From positions 1 to 64,000 of the IMG/VR virus record IMGVR_UViG_3300027668_000008: a stretch of DNA of 64,000 bases, one strand, 5' to 3'. A model generated the notes under the pieces. The model did not search any database. It had not been told where the DNA came from and was given only the letters and a program-made list of their open reading frames with translations. The translations under genes were made by a program, and so were the position numbers. This document shows, piece after piece, positions 36,478 to 45,630 of the stretch (position 1 is its first letter; each line of letters begins with the position of its first letter).

Positions 36478-37383
36478 TTATGTTCCTATTGCATTTCCAA
36501 ACAAGTAAACGTGTACTCTTGCCGCTACATTGTAGCCACGTTTAAATGCCTTTTCAGCCACTGCACCTGCAGTAGTTGTTTGTTCTTCTTCCCTTGCACC
36601 TGTGGGCATAACCCAAATGGGCCAATCAACACCAGCGTCTTTAAACTTTGCTATTGCTTGTTCCATTTCTTCCCACTCTCTTTCTTTGTGTCCAACTACA
36701 AATTTAAGTTGTCCTTTACTAGAAAGTTCTCTATACTGCTTAACTATTTCTGGCTTAATAGCCTTCTCAGGTTTCTCACCTGATACTGTAAATAGTTTAG
36801 GACTACAAGAAAAGAATATTTCTATATCAATTCTGTTTACCCATTCAACAAACTCGGGTAGTAATTTTTGCGTACCATTTGTTTCAAATGTCATACTAGC
36901 AGGCAAGTTACCTTGTCTTTCAAGTTCTTCATATATACCAATTGTCGCCCGTTGTCCAGTAACCATCAAAGGTTCGCCACCTGTAATACATAAGTGCTGT
37001 CTTTGTTGTGTAACAGGATGTAGGAACAACCCTTCCGGATTGCTCTCATTTTTCATAACGTTAATAATCTTTTGTGCTAACACTGTGGGAGTTTCTTCTC
37101 CCATTAGTTTTTTAAACTTCTTTGCCCAGGTGTAACTACTGTCACAACCTTTATCCCAAACAGGTAAATCTTCTACACGTGATACACTATCAACATCAAA
37201 GTCTTCAAACGGTAATTCGTAAGTGTCAGGTTTTGTAGGATCTATTTGTCCAAATCCATTACACTGTAAGTTACACATGAAGAAACGTATCCAAGCAGTA
37301 GGAACACCTGTGTAATTCCCTTCGCCTTGTATACTATGAAATATCTCCGAATAGTAATACTTCTTTTCTTGTGTTACTGCCAT
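36478..37383 (-). CDS. queE: 7-carboxy-7-deazaguanine synthase (radical SAM)
   Basis: YSEIFHSIQGEG..G.P..WIRF..CNLQC...CDS; ITGGEP; ETNG; R.HV.LFG. Confidence 0.92.
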   Translation of the reverse strand: MAVTQEKKYYYSEIFHSIQGEGNYTGVPTAWIRFFMCNLQCNGFGQIDPTKPDTYELPFEDFDVDSVSRVEDLPVWDKGCDSSYTWAKKFKKLMGEETPTVLAQKIINVMKNESNPEGLFLHPVTQQRQHLCITGGEPLMVTGQRATIGIYEELERQGNLPASMTFETNGTQKLLPEFVEWVNRIDIEIFFSCSPKLFTVSGEKPEKAIKPEIVKQYRELSSKGQLKFVVGHKEREWEEMEQAIAKFKDAGVDWPIWVMPTGAREEEQTTTAGAVAEKAFKRGYNVAARVHVYLFGNAIGT

Positions 37384-37388
37384 TGTTT

Positions 37389-37838
37389 TTAACCTTTGTA
37401 AATTGCACTATTGGCACCATGCTCGGCACATTCAACTTTTACACAATAACATCTATTGTTTGTTGCTTCACGGATAAGTTTATCTGCAAAGTTAAAGGCG
37501 TGTTCGGCAAACTTCTCTGCACCAACACCGTCCATTACTACAATCTCTGCCAAGTCAAGTTCTTGTAGTTCCATAAACTTGTCCATGTGTGGATCGTCTT
37601 TGTCGATTGCTGTCTTGTGATCAAAGTTATCTTCTAACCATTTCTTCAAAGGTTTAAGTCCCCCAAAGTCTACTGCCCAGTTCTTTTTATCAAGTTCGCT
37701 ACAGCCAAAAGTAAATGTAAATGCTAAACTGTAACCATGTAGTAAATGACAATGGCTATGGTCTGCGTTAGGTTGTCTAAATACTGCCGACAATCCAATG
37801 TTATGTCCGTAATGCTTTGTGCTAAAATATTGTCCCAT
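37389..37838 (-). CDS. queD: 6-carboxytetrahydropterin synthase
   Basis: HCHLLHGY; DFGGLK; FDHK; terminal E..ANSA.Y. Confidence 0.88.
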   Translation of the reverse strand: MGQYFSTKHYGHNIGLSAVFRQPNADHSHCHLLHGYSLAFTFTFGCSELDKKNWAVDFGGLKPLKKWLEDNFDHKTAIDKDDPHMDKFMELQELDLAEIVVMDGVGAEKFAEHAFNFADKLIREATNNRCYCVKVECAEHGANSAIYKG

Positions 37839-37864
37839 GTATTAATACTCCTTAATTTATATAT

Positions 37865-37893
37865 ATTATACTACTATTTAGGTTCGTTGTCAA
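37865..37893 (-). promoter_or_regulatory. Sigma70-type promoter of queD-queE
   Basis: TTGACA-N17-TATAAT; AAGGAG RBS. Confidence 0.7.
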
Positions 37894-37900
37894 GGTAATT

Positions 37901-38884
37901 CTAATAATTCCAAACAGAACCAACATATCCTTTACCAGTAGTATCGCCAAATTCGTTATCTAATTCAACACCGTTATATGATATAGTAGTAATAATAGTA
38001 TCACCATTAGGCATTTCAGTTGCACTAATGTCAATCTTACTAACATCAAGTTGCTTACCTTCGGTTTTAACATAGACATCGTGGAATGTGCCTTTTTCAA
38101 TACTCATGAAGAAGAATACATAGTTGTTGCCATTTTCATCTGCATGAGCATCTAAATCCATATAATCAACTTTAATCTCTTTACCATTACGTTCTAATAG
38201 TTTATCTAAGGATTCGTTTTCAACGAGTGTCTCGATCCATTCGGTTCCCCAACTCTTGTCACTGTCTACTTCGTCAATTTCTATATGAACACCATTAGTA
38301 TCAACACCATTTGAATGTTCAATATCGTCTTTCTCATGCCATGCCATATGACATTCATGTTCTGGATCCCACATAAAGTCTGCTTCTTGTGGCATATCAT
38401 TATGCTTACGAAACTCTTCTGGATCATTTGCATAGTCTTCTAGTGTATTGAGATTCGGATTAAATGCATTGTCTTTTTTGTTTTTGTCCCAGTTATTCCA
38501 GAACTCAAATTGTTCTTTAGTTAACTTTGCATAAACACTTTCGCCACCGTAGCCATGTAACCTGATACGATAATGCCTTACTGGCTTCTTAATAACTTCA
38601 ATTAGTTCTTCGTGTGCTTCTTCAGTTGTTTGTACATCTGTAACATTGGCAACTTTAAAACTACGCCAACCTTTTGCATTAATATCATATACACCAATAT
38701 TCTCTAACTGTTTGGCACTTGGTTCTTTCTTTTCTTTAGTACCTTTTGGCATTGCTTCTTCGGGGATAAGTTTAGGATCAGTTGTGCAAGTCATAATGCG
38801 TTGATCACCATTTAGTTTAGTAAAGGTTACTATACTTTCACCTGTCCTAAGACGTTCCATTAATGTTTCTTTAGTATAACTCAT
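37901..38884 (-). CDS. Protein with N-terminal WYL-like/SH3 domain fused to an acidic unknown domain
   Basis: VTFTKLNG..R.MTCT...VYD....WRSF. Confidence 0.55.
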   Translation of the reverse strand: MSYTKETLMERLRTGESIVTFTKLNGDQRIMTCTTDPKLIPEEAMPKGTKEKKEPSAKQLENIGVYDINAKGWRSFKVANVTDVQTTEEAHEELIEVIKKPVRHYRIRLHGYGGESVYAKLTKEQFEFWNNWDKNKKDNAFNPNLNTLEDYANDPEEFRKHNDMPQEADFMWDPEHECHMAWHEKDDIEHSNGVDTNGVHIEIDEVDSDKSWGTEWIETLVENESLDKLLERNGKEIKVDYMDLDAHADENGNNYVFFFMSIEKGTFHDVYVKTEGKQLDVSKIDISATEMPNGDTIITTISYNGVELDNEFGDTTGKGYVGSVWNY

Positions 38885-39159
38885 TAACCTTCTCCAACAT
38901 TATTATCATTGTCCGCTTCGAGAATAGCAACTTGTGTACTTTCCCAATAGTTAATTACATCTGTGAACCCACATTGCATAACAGAATGTTTGTCAAGTTC
39001 TTCTTCAGTATATACTGCAAGTTCATCAATTTGTTCTTGTGTAAGATTAACAACGTCGTCAACATTATAGTATTCTTCTACACGTTCTTTAACACGTTCG
39101 AATATATCATTCATAATATTATCTTCGTGCTTGTGTATTCTGTCCCATTCGAATGCCAT
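38884..39159 (-). CDS. Small acidic hypothetical protein
   Basis: ORF track. Confidence 0.6.
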   Translation of the reverse strand: MAFEWDRIHKHEDNIMNDIFERVKERVEEYYNVDDVVNLTQEQIDELAVYTEEELDKHSVMQCGFTDVINYWESTQVAILEADNDNNVGEG

Positions 39160-39171
39160 TTTATTTCTCCT

Positions 39172-39660
39172 CTATTCCCATGGATAAACTAGCCAAACAT
39201 CTTCTTCGGCTTTATTAACTTCGTGTGCTTGATACCTAACGGAACCAAAGTCACTTGAATTATTTTCGGTTAGTACTGCAAATCTTACATTACTATCCCA
39301 TACTTTTTGTACTTCACCGACATCAACGGCTTTAGCCCAATCTTCACAAATCCAATTGAATGTTGCACCACTGTCATTGATATCATCGATAATCAATATC
39401 TTCTTACCTGCAAAAGCGTCTAGAGGCATCCAGGTATTACTTTCTGTTTTAATAAAAAGACCGTCCCTGTCACGCAACCTTACATCTAATGTGTACATAG
39501 GAATACCAGTTCTATTACTCATCATAATAGCAGGTGTTAATCCACCCCTGGTTAATCCTACAATGTATTCTGGTCTCCAGTCATCATTGTACATCTGTGT
39601 AATGATAGATGTAACCATCTTCTCTACATCATGCCAATCATATATATGTTTCTTTATCAT
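39172..39660 (-). CDS. Type I phosphoribosyltransferase (purine PRT/Gpt-like)
   Basis: VGLTRGG; ILIIDDINDSGAT PRPP-binding motif; W.VYPWE. Confidence 0.88.
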   Translation of the reverse strand: MIKKHIYDWHDVEKMVTSIITQMYNDDWRPEYIVGLTRGGLTPAIMMSNRTGIPMYTLDVRLRDRDGLFIKTESNTWMPLDAFAGKKILIIDDINDSGATFNWICEDWAKAVDVGEVQKVWDSNVRFAVLTENNSSDFGSVRYQAHEVNKAEEDVWLVYPWE

Positions 39661-39669
39661 CTTTGCCCC

Positions 39670-40170
39670 TTAAATGTTATCTTCGCCTAAATACGTTTTG
39701 TGATCTGTCCAAACATACTTTACTGTTTTAGTTTTAAAATCTCCAAACATTTGATCAACTTTCTTTGGGTGAATAAAACCCCAGTCCTTACTTTTCTTAC
39801 CTGGAATAAAAATAGTCCAAGGTGTAATACCTGGCTCTAGTTCTACTCTGTGCATACTATCTGCCGTTGCTTTAATAAGAGATCCAGGACCTCTCCATTC
39901 TCTTGTTGATCCTACAACTGCTCCAGTCTCAGGTACTATAACTGGTACCCATTCGTGATAGCCACCTTTAAGAATAAATGTAGTATAACCCCATGGATGG
40001 TCATGTAAATGATCAGGATCACTTTTTACAAACTTGTGTAAAAATATGTTAAAAGGAAAGTTCTTTCTATCCTTAAGGAACAAGTAATACCTTTCTAAAT
40101 ACGGTTCACCTGTTTGCCTATCATTTATAATTCTATATCTTCCTAACCATGTCATTAACTTCTTAAACAT
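39670..40170 (-). CDS. Cupin-fold protein
   Basis: LHDHPW...ILKGGY.E; HRVEL. Confidence 0.7.
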   Translation of the reverse strand: MFKKLMTWLGRYRIINDRQTGEPYLERYYLFLKDRKNFPFNIFLHKFVKSDPDHLHDHPWGYTTFILKGGYHEWVPVIVPETGAVVGSTREWRGPGSLIKATADSMHRVELEPGITPWTIFIPGKKSKDWGFIHPKKVDQMFGDFKTKTVKYVWTDHKTYLGEDNI

Positions 40171-40179
40171 TACTATCCC

Positions 40180-40752
40180 TTACTGCTTGTTCATCAAATC
40201 ATATGGAGTACTAATTACTCCAATTCTAGTTAGATTTGTATCTACTACTAGCATTTGTCCACTGTCTGCTTTGAAGCCTGGAAAAACACTGTTCATTACT
40301 TTGAAATGTGTAAAGACGAACAAGTTTCCTTTACCATCCCAACTCTTTATTAAATCTCTAATCTTATCAAACTCTTTTGTTTGTGAATCAAACAACTTAT
40401 TCTTTTTAAATTCTATTCCGGCATACTCGGCAGTTTGCCAACATCTACAAATAGGACTTGACCATGCCTTCTCAATTTTAATATTATGTTCTCTTAAGAA
40501 TACACCAATTGCTTTTGATTGTTTAATACCTTCTGACATTAAGTTTCTTTGGTTACCACATACCTTACTACTCTTGTCTTCGTTAATACCTTTTACTTTA
40601 GGTGCGTAGGCGTGTCTTACAAATACAATCATTCCACCTTTTTGCATTGATTCAATTGTTTCTGCTCTATTAAACTCGTTACTAAACCCCCAAGCATGAC
40701 TTGAAAGTGTCAATGTTGCAATTACTGTTGCTATTAATATTTTTTTAAACAT
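40180..40752 (-). CDS. Histidine phosphatase superfamily protein with signal peptide
   Basis: FVRHA; SSP..RC.QTA; FTH; N-terminal signal peptide. Confidence 0.8.
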   Translation of the reverse strand: MFKKILIATVIATLTLSSHAWGFSNEFNRAETIESMQKGGMIVFVRHAYAPKVKGINEDKSSKVCGNQRNLMSEGIKQSKAIGVFLREHNIKIEKAWSSPICRCWQTAEYAGIEFKKNKLFDSQTKEFDKIRDLIKSWDGKGNLFVFTHFKVMNSVFPGFKADSGQMLVVDTNLTRIGVISTPYDLMNKQ

Positions 40753-40754
40753 AA

Positions 40755-41051
40755 CTATCTATTTGCCCACCTTTCTTCCTGTTCTTTTCTTTCGATCAAT
40801 TTTAAATGTGCTGGTCTCATGCCATGTTTCTCTGTCATGTTAACAACTATCATTCCTTTTAACTCCATTAAAAGAGCATCATGTGGGTGCATAGGTTCAA
40901 TTTCATTACCTTCGTCCCAACTGTAAACTTGCCATTCAGGATCATATACTTCGTCTATAGGATCTAACTTACTACTAAACAATCCGTTTCTAAATGATAG
41001 TCTTAATTCTTCTAACGTTTGATCATTTGGCTTTTTAAAACTTGTATGCAA
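40755..41051 (-). CDS. Hypothetical protein
   Basis: ORF track. Confidence 0.55.
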   Translation of the reverse strand: MHTSFKKPNDQTLEELRLSFRNGLFSSKLDPIDEVYDPEWQVYSWDEGNEIEPMHPHDALLMELKGMIVVNMTEKHGMRPAHLKLIERKEQEERWANR

Positions 41052-43965
41052 TTTGTACTCCTAAGTTTGTGTCAGCAAATCCACCTGTTCTTTGTTCAAC
41101 ATATGCTTTGAAGTCTACTGTATCTATATTATACTTGTAATATGCAGTAAAGTCAAGGTTTCTTTCGTCTGTTTTCATATTAACTTTAGTTTCTGTATTG
41201 TTTACGTTACCATCCATATCTCTACTAGTAGGTACATTATACGTCATACTAGCAGTTTCAATAGTAACTGGCTGACTTACACTTGCACCCCAACCATTCT
41301 TTTCAACACCAGCACTCCATGTACTACTGTAAATATCGCCTGCTTTACTTAACATACTCCATTCATTACTGTAAGAATTTTTAGTGTAACCTAAACCAAA
41401 CTGTCCAAATACCTTAACATCATTATAAGATGCATTGTAATTGAAGTTGGCATAAGTTGTGTATGCATTATCTAAATTACCAAACACACCTGATTGACTG
41501 TTTCCTAAAAACGAATTTGCTTCGTTAAAGAATCCAGGTTGTATTGTCCACTGATGATCTGGATTATCATTTAATGCAATGTGCGGTAATGCCAAGTGTT
41601 GGTCATAATTACTATACCCTGCATACATATTTGTTGCCGCCAATGTGTGTGTAAATTTATTTGCTCTTGTATCTACTTTATATGAAGTACTCATGTCTAC
41701 ATAAAAATCTCTTTCATAACTATCTAATACCATTACACTAGCAAGTTCTGACATAGCACCACTGCTACCTGAAACATATCCTGACAGTGAACTTACACTA
41801 CCATTTGTTCTACCAGTGGTAGGAATACCTGTTACTCCAACTGGTTGTGTTGCTTTATCTAAATCTAACAATCCTTGTCCGTGTGTGTTTACATTATAGT
41901 TTGCAATAGTTTTATCAGCAGTTTCTGTAAGAAGTCTTACAAGGTTCTTGCCTTTCATGTGAGGCCACATTTGATTAACAATAGCAACTGCACCTGTTAC
42001 TACCGGAGCCGCCATACTAGTACCTGACATATGTACATACCCTGTACCATTATTATCTGTACTGTACACACTCGTACCCGGTGCAAGTATATAGTAATCA
42101 CTTATACTTGCGGCATCTGTACAAGCATCATTAACATAAGTTGTACATACCGTGCCTGCTTTGTTACTAAATCCTGATATCTGATTGTTAGCAATATCCC
42201 AACTACCTACTACAAGCATTTGCCCATCTAGTATTAAGTTACCATTGCTATCAGTTGCAGTAGCCATTTGGTTCATACCTGGACTATATTCATACCCTTG
42301 GTTACCTGCGGCTTTAACTAATACCATGTCATCACCTAATGCAGTTTTCCAACCTGTTGCTTCGTCTTTTGCACCATTGTAACCATTTACACCATAATAC
42401 CAATGTGTACTATGCCATTGTCCGTTACCATCTAATGTAAGACTTCTTTTAAATCCGTTATCTAATCTAACTTCGGCACTAACATTAATTGCTATTGCTC
42501 CGTTATCCTTGCCCCACTGTGCGGCTTTTTTGGCCCTGTAAAAACTATATGCAGTATTGTCTGTTACTTTTGCAATCATCATAGTAACATCTGGTGCTAC
42601 ACCAATTATTCCGTTACCATCAAGTTCTGCACCTGTAATACCTGCAACGTGTGTACCGTGTCCGTTACTGTCCGAAACATCTGTACTATTGTCTAAGAAG
42701 TTTTTAGTAAGTCCAATGTTACCATCTAAGTCTGTGTGGTTTACGTTAGCACCACTGTCTGCAATAACTACAATACTTCCTTTACCTGTCCAACCTCTGC
42801 TCCATGCCGCATCTGCATTAATAGTAGACAGCACGTTATCGTTAACAAAGTCTGCAAGTCCAAAGAACTCGTCTGTTCTATATAAGTTATTATCTTTAAT
42901 AGCACCAGGAGTTACTGTACCCAAGTCGCTATGTGTATATACAACATTTGCATATGAAACTGATGTGTTGTTTTCTTCTTCAACAACTTCTTCTTCAACA
43001 ACTTCTTCTTCTACAGGAGCATCACCATTCTTAATGTACTCGTAAGTTATAACAGGACTTGCTGGAACAATGTGCGTAGAAGTTTCAACAACTGTAATAG
43101 CCTTAACACTATTGTCACTATACGTTATGTTGTATGTTACATTCCACGTCTTAATTAGGTTTTCGTTCATGTTTGTTTGAACTCTATACTTGTCGCAAGT
43201 TCCTGTATGAGTTGTGCCATCTTGTAATATTTGATTAGTGCAATCTACTGTAGCATTAAATGATTTACTAACATCACCTGCTACTGTTGACTCTACTACT
43301 TGGCTTTGTAATTCTTTTGCAACTTGTTCTCTAGAAACTTCAGTTACTTCAACTACTGGTTCCTCTACAATAGGCTCTTCTACAATAGGCTCTTCTACAA
43401 TAGGCTCTTCTACAATAGGCTCTTCAACTACTGGTTCTTCTACGACAGGGGCAATAATATCTTTAACATCTTCAACTTCAATCTCACCTGTACCAACCTT
43501 TTCAAAGTCAATCTTATCTTCATTTTGTGCAAAGGCTTTTACATCTAAATATGCACCAGTTTCATCATCAAATGTTCCGCTATCAGCAACACCTTTCCAA
43601 AAGGTTTCTTTACCATCATAATAAACTTTCTTGTAACCTTTAAGTTTATTCCATGCTTGGTCAAGTGGAGTTGCAACACCATCGATTTCAACTGTATAAT
43701 TTTTTAATACGGATTCATCAATACTATTATTGTTCATCCATTCAAATACTTCTACTGCCTCCTGGGCAGTTACTTTACCATCTTCGGTAACAGTTTGTAT
43801 TACTGCAAGATTTCCTATACTATTGGAAATTAATGAATTAAAAGAAACAGTTCCAATATTAGTTGGAGTTGGTGCAGTGATACTAATACTTCCACCTCCA
43901 CCACCGCCACAAGCGGTAAGAGCCAACATACTAACCATTCCTAACACTGCTGTCTTTTTATTCAT
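41035..43965 (-). CDS. Subtilisin-like S8 serine protease lipoprotein with acidic repeats and a beta-rich C-terminal domain
   Basis: Lipobox LTAC plus Gly run; catalytic triad ADSG / HGTHVAG / GTSMAAP; oxyanion AAGN; terminal F residue; RBS-supported ATG at 43965. Confidence 0.9.
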   Translation of the reverse strand: MNKKTAVLGMVSMLALTACGGGGGGSISITAPTPTNIGTVSFNSLISNSIGNLAVIQTVTEDGKVTAQEAVEVFEWMNNNSIDESVLKNYTVEIDGVATPLDQAWNKLKGYKKVYYDGKETFWKGVADSGTFDDETGAYLDVKAFAQNEDKIDFEKVGTGEIEVEDVKDIIAPVVEEPVVEEPIVEEPIVEEPIVEEPIVEEPVVEVTEVSREQVAKELQSQVVESTVAGDVSKSFNATVDCTNQILQDGTTHTGTCDKYRVQTNMNENLIKTWNVTYNITYSDNSVKAITVVETSTHIVPASPVITYEYIKNGDAPVEEEVVEEEVVEEENNTSVSYANVVYTHSDLGTVTPGAIKDNNLYRTDEFFGLADFVNDNVLSTINADAAWSRGWTGKGSIVVIADSGANVNHTDLDGNIGLTKNFLDNSTDVSDSNGHGTHVAGITGAELDGNGIIGVAPDVTMMIAKVTDNTAYSFYRAKKAAQWGKDNGAIAINVSAEVRLDNGFKRSLTLDGNGQWHSTHWYYGVNGYNGAKDEATGWKTALGDDMVLVKAAGNQGYEYSPGMNQMATATDSNGNLILDGQMLVVGSWDIANNQISGFSNKAGTVCTTYVNDACTDAASISDYYILAPGTSVYSTDNNGTGYVHMSGTSMAAPVVTGAVAIVNQMWPHMKGKNLVRLLTETADKTIANYNVNTHGQGLLDLDKATQPVGVTGIPTTGRTNGSVSSLSGYVSGSSGAMSELASVMVLDSYERDFYVDMSTSYKVDTRANKFTHTLAATNMYAGYSNYDQHLALPHIALNDNPDHQWTIQPGFFNEANSFLGNSQSGVFGNLDNAYTTYANFNYNASYNDVKVFGQFGLGYTKNSYSNEWSMLSKAGDIYSSTWSAGVEKNGWGASVSQPVTIETASMTYNVPTSRDMDGNVNNTETKVNMKTDERNLDFTAYYKYNIDTVDFKAYVEQRTGGFADTNLGVQIAYKF
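43350..43450 (-). repeat. 15-bp tandem repeat encoding (EEP[IV]V)n inside the subtilase
   Basis: TCTTCTACAATAGGC-type units, about 6 copies; a related EEEVV repeat lies near 42975-43010. Confidence 0.9.
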
Positions 43966-44060
43966 TAACTTACTCCTAAACCAATTAAGAAAAATATAAA
44001 CCAAACTAGGAAAAGTGCTATTGCACTCTTCCATATAAACGATATTAAATCGTTTAACAT
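43965..44060 (-). CDS. 31-aa single-pass membrane peptide, not in the ORF track
   Basis: MLNDLISFIWKSAIALFLVWFIFFLIGLGVS; TAATG coupling at both ends. Confidence 0.55.
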   Translation of the reverse strand: MLNDLISFIWKSAIALFLVWFIFFLIGLGVS

Positions 44061-44317
44061 TAAGCCGCCTCTAACATTGACATTGGAACAGTATAAGTTG
44101 TACCAATAGCACTGTGCGTCTTAACTAAACATTTCTTTTGATTAATTTTAGTAATTGTACCAAGTGTTTTCTTAGTCTTCTGTACAATATAAACGTCCAT
44201 ACCAACTGACAGACTTGCTTTTGCATTAAGTACTTTAACTTCGTTAATAAAACTAGTAAGAGCATTAAGTTCTGTTAAAGACATAGACATTACTTCTTTT
44301 TTAATTACTGTATTCAT
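44060..44317 (-). CDS. Small basic SH3-like hypothetical protein
   Basis: AGGAG RBS before ATG 44317; VGM.V....GTITKINQKKC.V. Confidence 0.65.
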   Translation of the reverse strand: MNTVIKKEVMSMSLTELNALTSFINEVKVLNAKASLSVGMDVYIVQKTKKTLGTITKINQKKCLVKTHSAIGTTYTVPMSMLEAA

Positions 44318-44511
44318 TAAGCATCTCCTTTGATTAAAATAACTGCACCAGTGGCTAACATTGCCAGTCCAACTGCCGCGATTTGTAACATTTCTGTAAT
44401 AGAGTTTCCGGGACCACATTTTCCATCACAATCACCGCCTGATCCTGCCATTGCTATAATACCTAAAACAATTAGTATATACGCGGTTGTTTGCATTACT
44501 TTATTAAACAT
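44317..44511 (-). CDS. Small two-TM membrane protein
   Basis: Two hydrophobic segments flanking a GDCDGKC loop. Confidence 0.65.
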   Translation of the reverse strand: MFNKVMQTTAYILIVLGIIAMAGSGGDCDGKCGPGNSITEMLQIAAVGLAMLATGAVILIKGDA

Positions 44512-44545
44512 ATTTGCTACTCCTTATTAATTAACTTATATTACT

Positions 44546-44573
44546 ATAATAGCACATCTAGCCTATCTGTCAA
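44546..44573 (-). promoter_or_regulatory. Sigma70-type early promoter
   Basis: TTGACA-N16-TATTAT with TGC extension, TATAAGTTAA leader. Confidence 0.8.
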
Positions 44574-44628
44574 CCTAATAACGCATTAAAAAACCCAATG
44601 AAAACAAGGCTCTTTAATCTTTTTTTTA

Positions 44629-44856
44629 TTATTTTTGCCTAAAAAGTGCTTGTATATCCTTCTTAGACATACCATATGCTTGTTCACCGGGTTCTAACAC
44701 ATCAATTACTGTGTCGCCTCTTGCTTCTATTGTTTGGTCAAGACGATTGATTGCATCTTGCTTACTAATAGCTCGTACATAATCAACGTTGAAAGTCTTT
44801 AATTTAGTGTCGGGGCGAGATCTTACCATAAAACTTGTCATTAAACTTGTTAACAT
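44629..44856 (-). CDS. Small hypothetical protein
   Basis: Own promoter TTGACA-N16-TATAAT at 44886-44913. Confidence 0.6.
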   Translation of the reverse strand: MLTSLMTSFMVRSRPDTKLKTFNVDYVRAISKQDAINRLDQTIEARGDTVIDVLEPGEQAYGMSKKDIQALFRQK

Positions 44857-44925
44857 ATGGTTCCTTTTTCTTGTTTTAATATTATATTATACAGGATTTT
44901 GCTAATCTGTCAACCTTTGGCCCAT

Positions 44926-44951
44926 AAAAAAAGCCACCCGAAGGTGGCTTT
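44926..44951 (-). terminator. Intrinsic terminator after yhhQ
   Basis: AAAGCCACC-CGAA-GGTGGCTTT hairpin followed by a T7 run on the minus strand. Confidence 0.85.
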
Positions 44952-44980
44952 AGTTCCAAGTTATCCGATAACTGTTTAGG

Positions 44981-45589
44981 TTATTTTAACTTGTATTTCT
45001 TTTGTAGATGCTTGAGTAACAGACCATATGCTGGTAAGAATATGATTAAGCCTACTGCAATTTTAATTACAACTTGTGAACCTGCAATCTCAATCCAATT
45101 TGCCGCCATATATTCATCAGCACCGTTGTTAAATGCAACTGCAAAGAATGTGTAAGTATCGATGATGTTTGCCGCCACAGTTGATACCGCAGGTGCCAAC
45201 CACCAATTGTTCTTAAATCCTTCTCTGATGTATTGGAATACATATACATCAAGTAATGTACCTACTGCGTATGCAGTAGCACTTGCAAAGCCAATTCTTA
45301 ATGCAACAGATCCTGGTGCACCTTCGGCTAGTACAACTGCTATAGATCCAATAATTGCTAACGGATATGCCGCCGCAATAGTTTGCCTTGCAATGCTTTT
45401 GCCTAGTAACCTAACAGTTAAGTCTGTTGCAATTACTACTAATGGGAACGTGAATGCCGCCCATGTTAATTTTACTCCAAATATCTCTACTGGAATACCG
45501 ACCAATGCATTTGATACTGTAATCACAATAACGTGTAGTGCTACAAGTTTCATCAACATAGTTTTGTCTACGTTCTTAAAGTTAAACAT
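44981..45589 (-). CDS. yhhQ: Queuosine-precursor transporter (YhhQ/VUT family)
   Basis: VSNAL..P....TW.AFTFP...ATDLTVR..G...AR; RIG.ASA.AY..G.LLDV.VF; DTY.FF..AF. Confidence 0.88.
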   Translation of the reverse strand: MFNFKNVDKTMLMKLVALHVIVITVSNALVGIPVEIFGVKLTWAAFTFPLVVIATDLTVRLLGKSIARQTIAAAYPLAIIGSIAVVLAEGAPGSVALRIGFASATAYAVGTLLDVYVFQYIREGFKNNWWLAPAVSTVAANIIDTYTFFAVAFNNGADEYMAANWIEIAGSQVVIKIAVGLIIFLPAYGLLLKHLQKKYKLK

Positions 45590-45630
45590 AAGTTTCCTCC
45601 GTGGTGTATGTTATGTTATAATTAATCATA

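Noticed and set aside
42975-43450. Short tandem repeats as a possible CRISPR array or iteron set
   Set aside because: Units are 15 bp, in frame, have no spacers and encode EEPIV/EEEVV inside the subtilase
41035-44034. 999-aa subtilase start at 44034 as given by the track
   Set aside because: The RBS and lipoprotein signal support ATG 43965; the upstream bases encode a separate 31-aa membrane peptide in another frame
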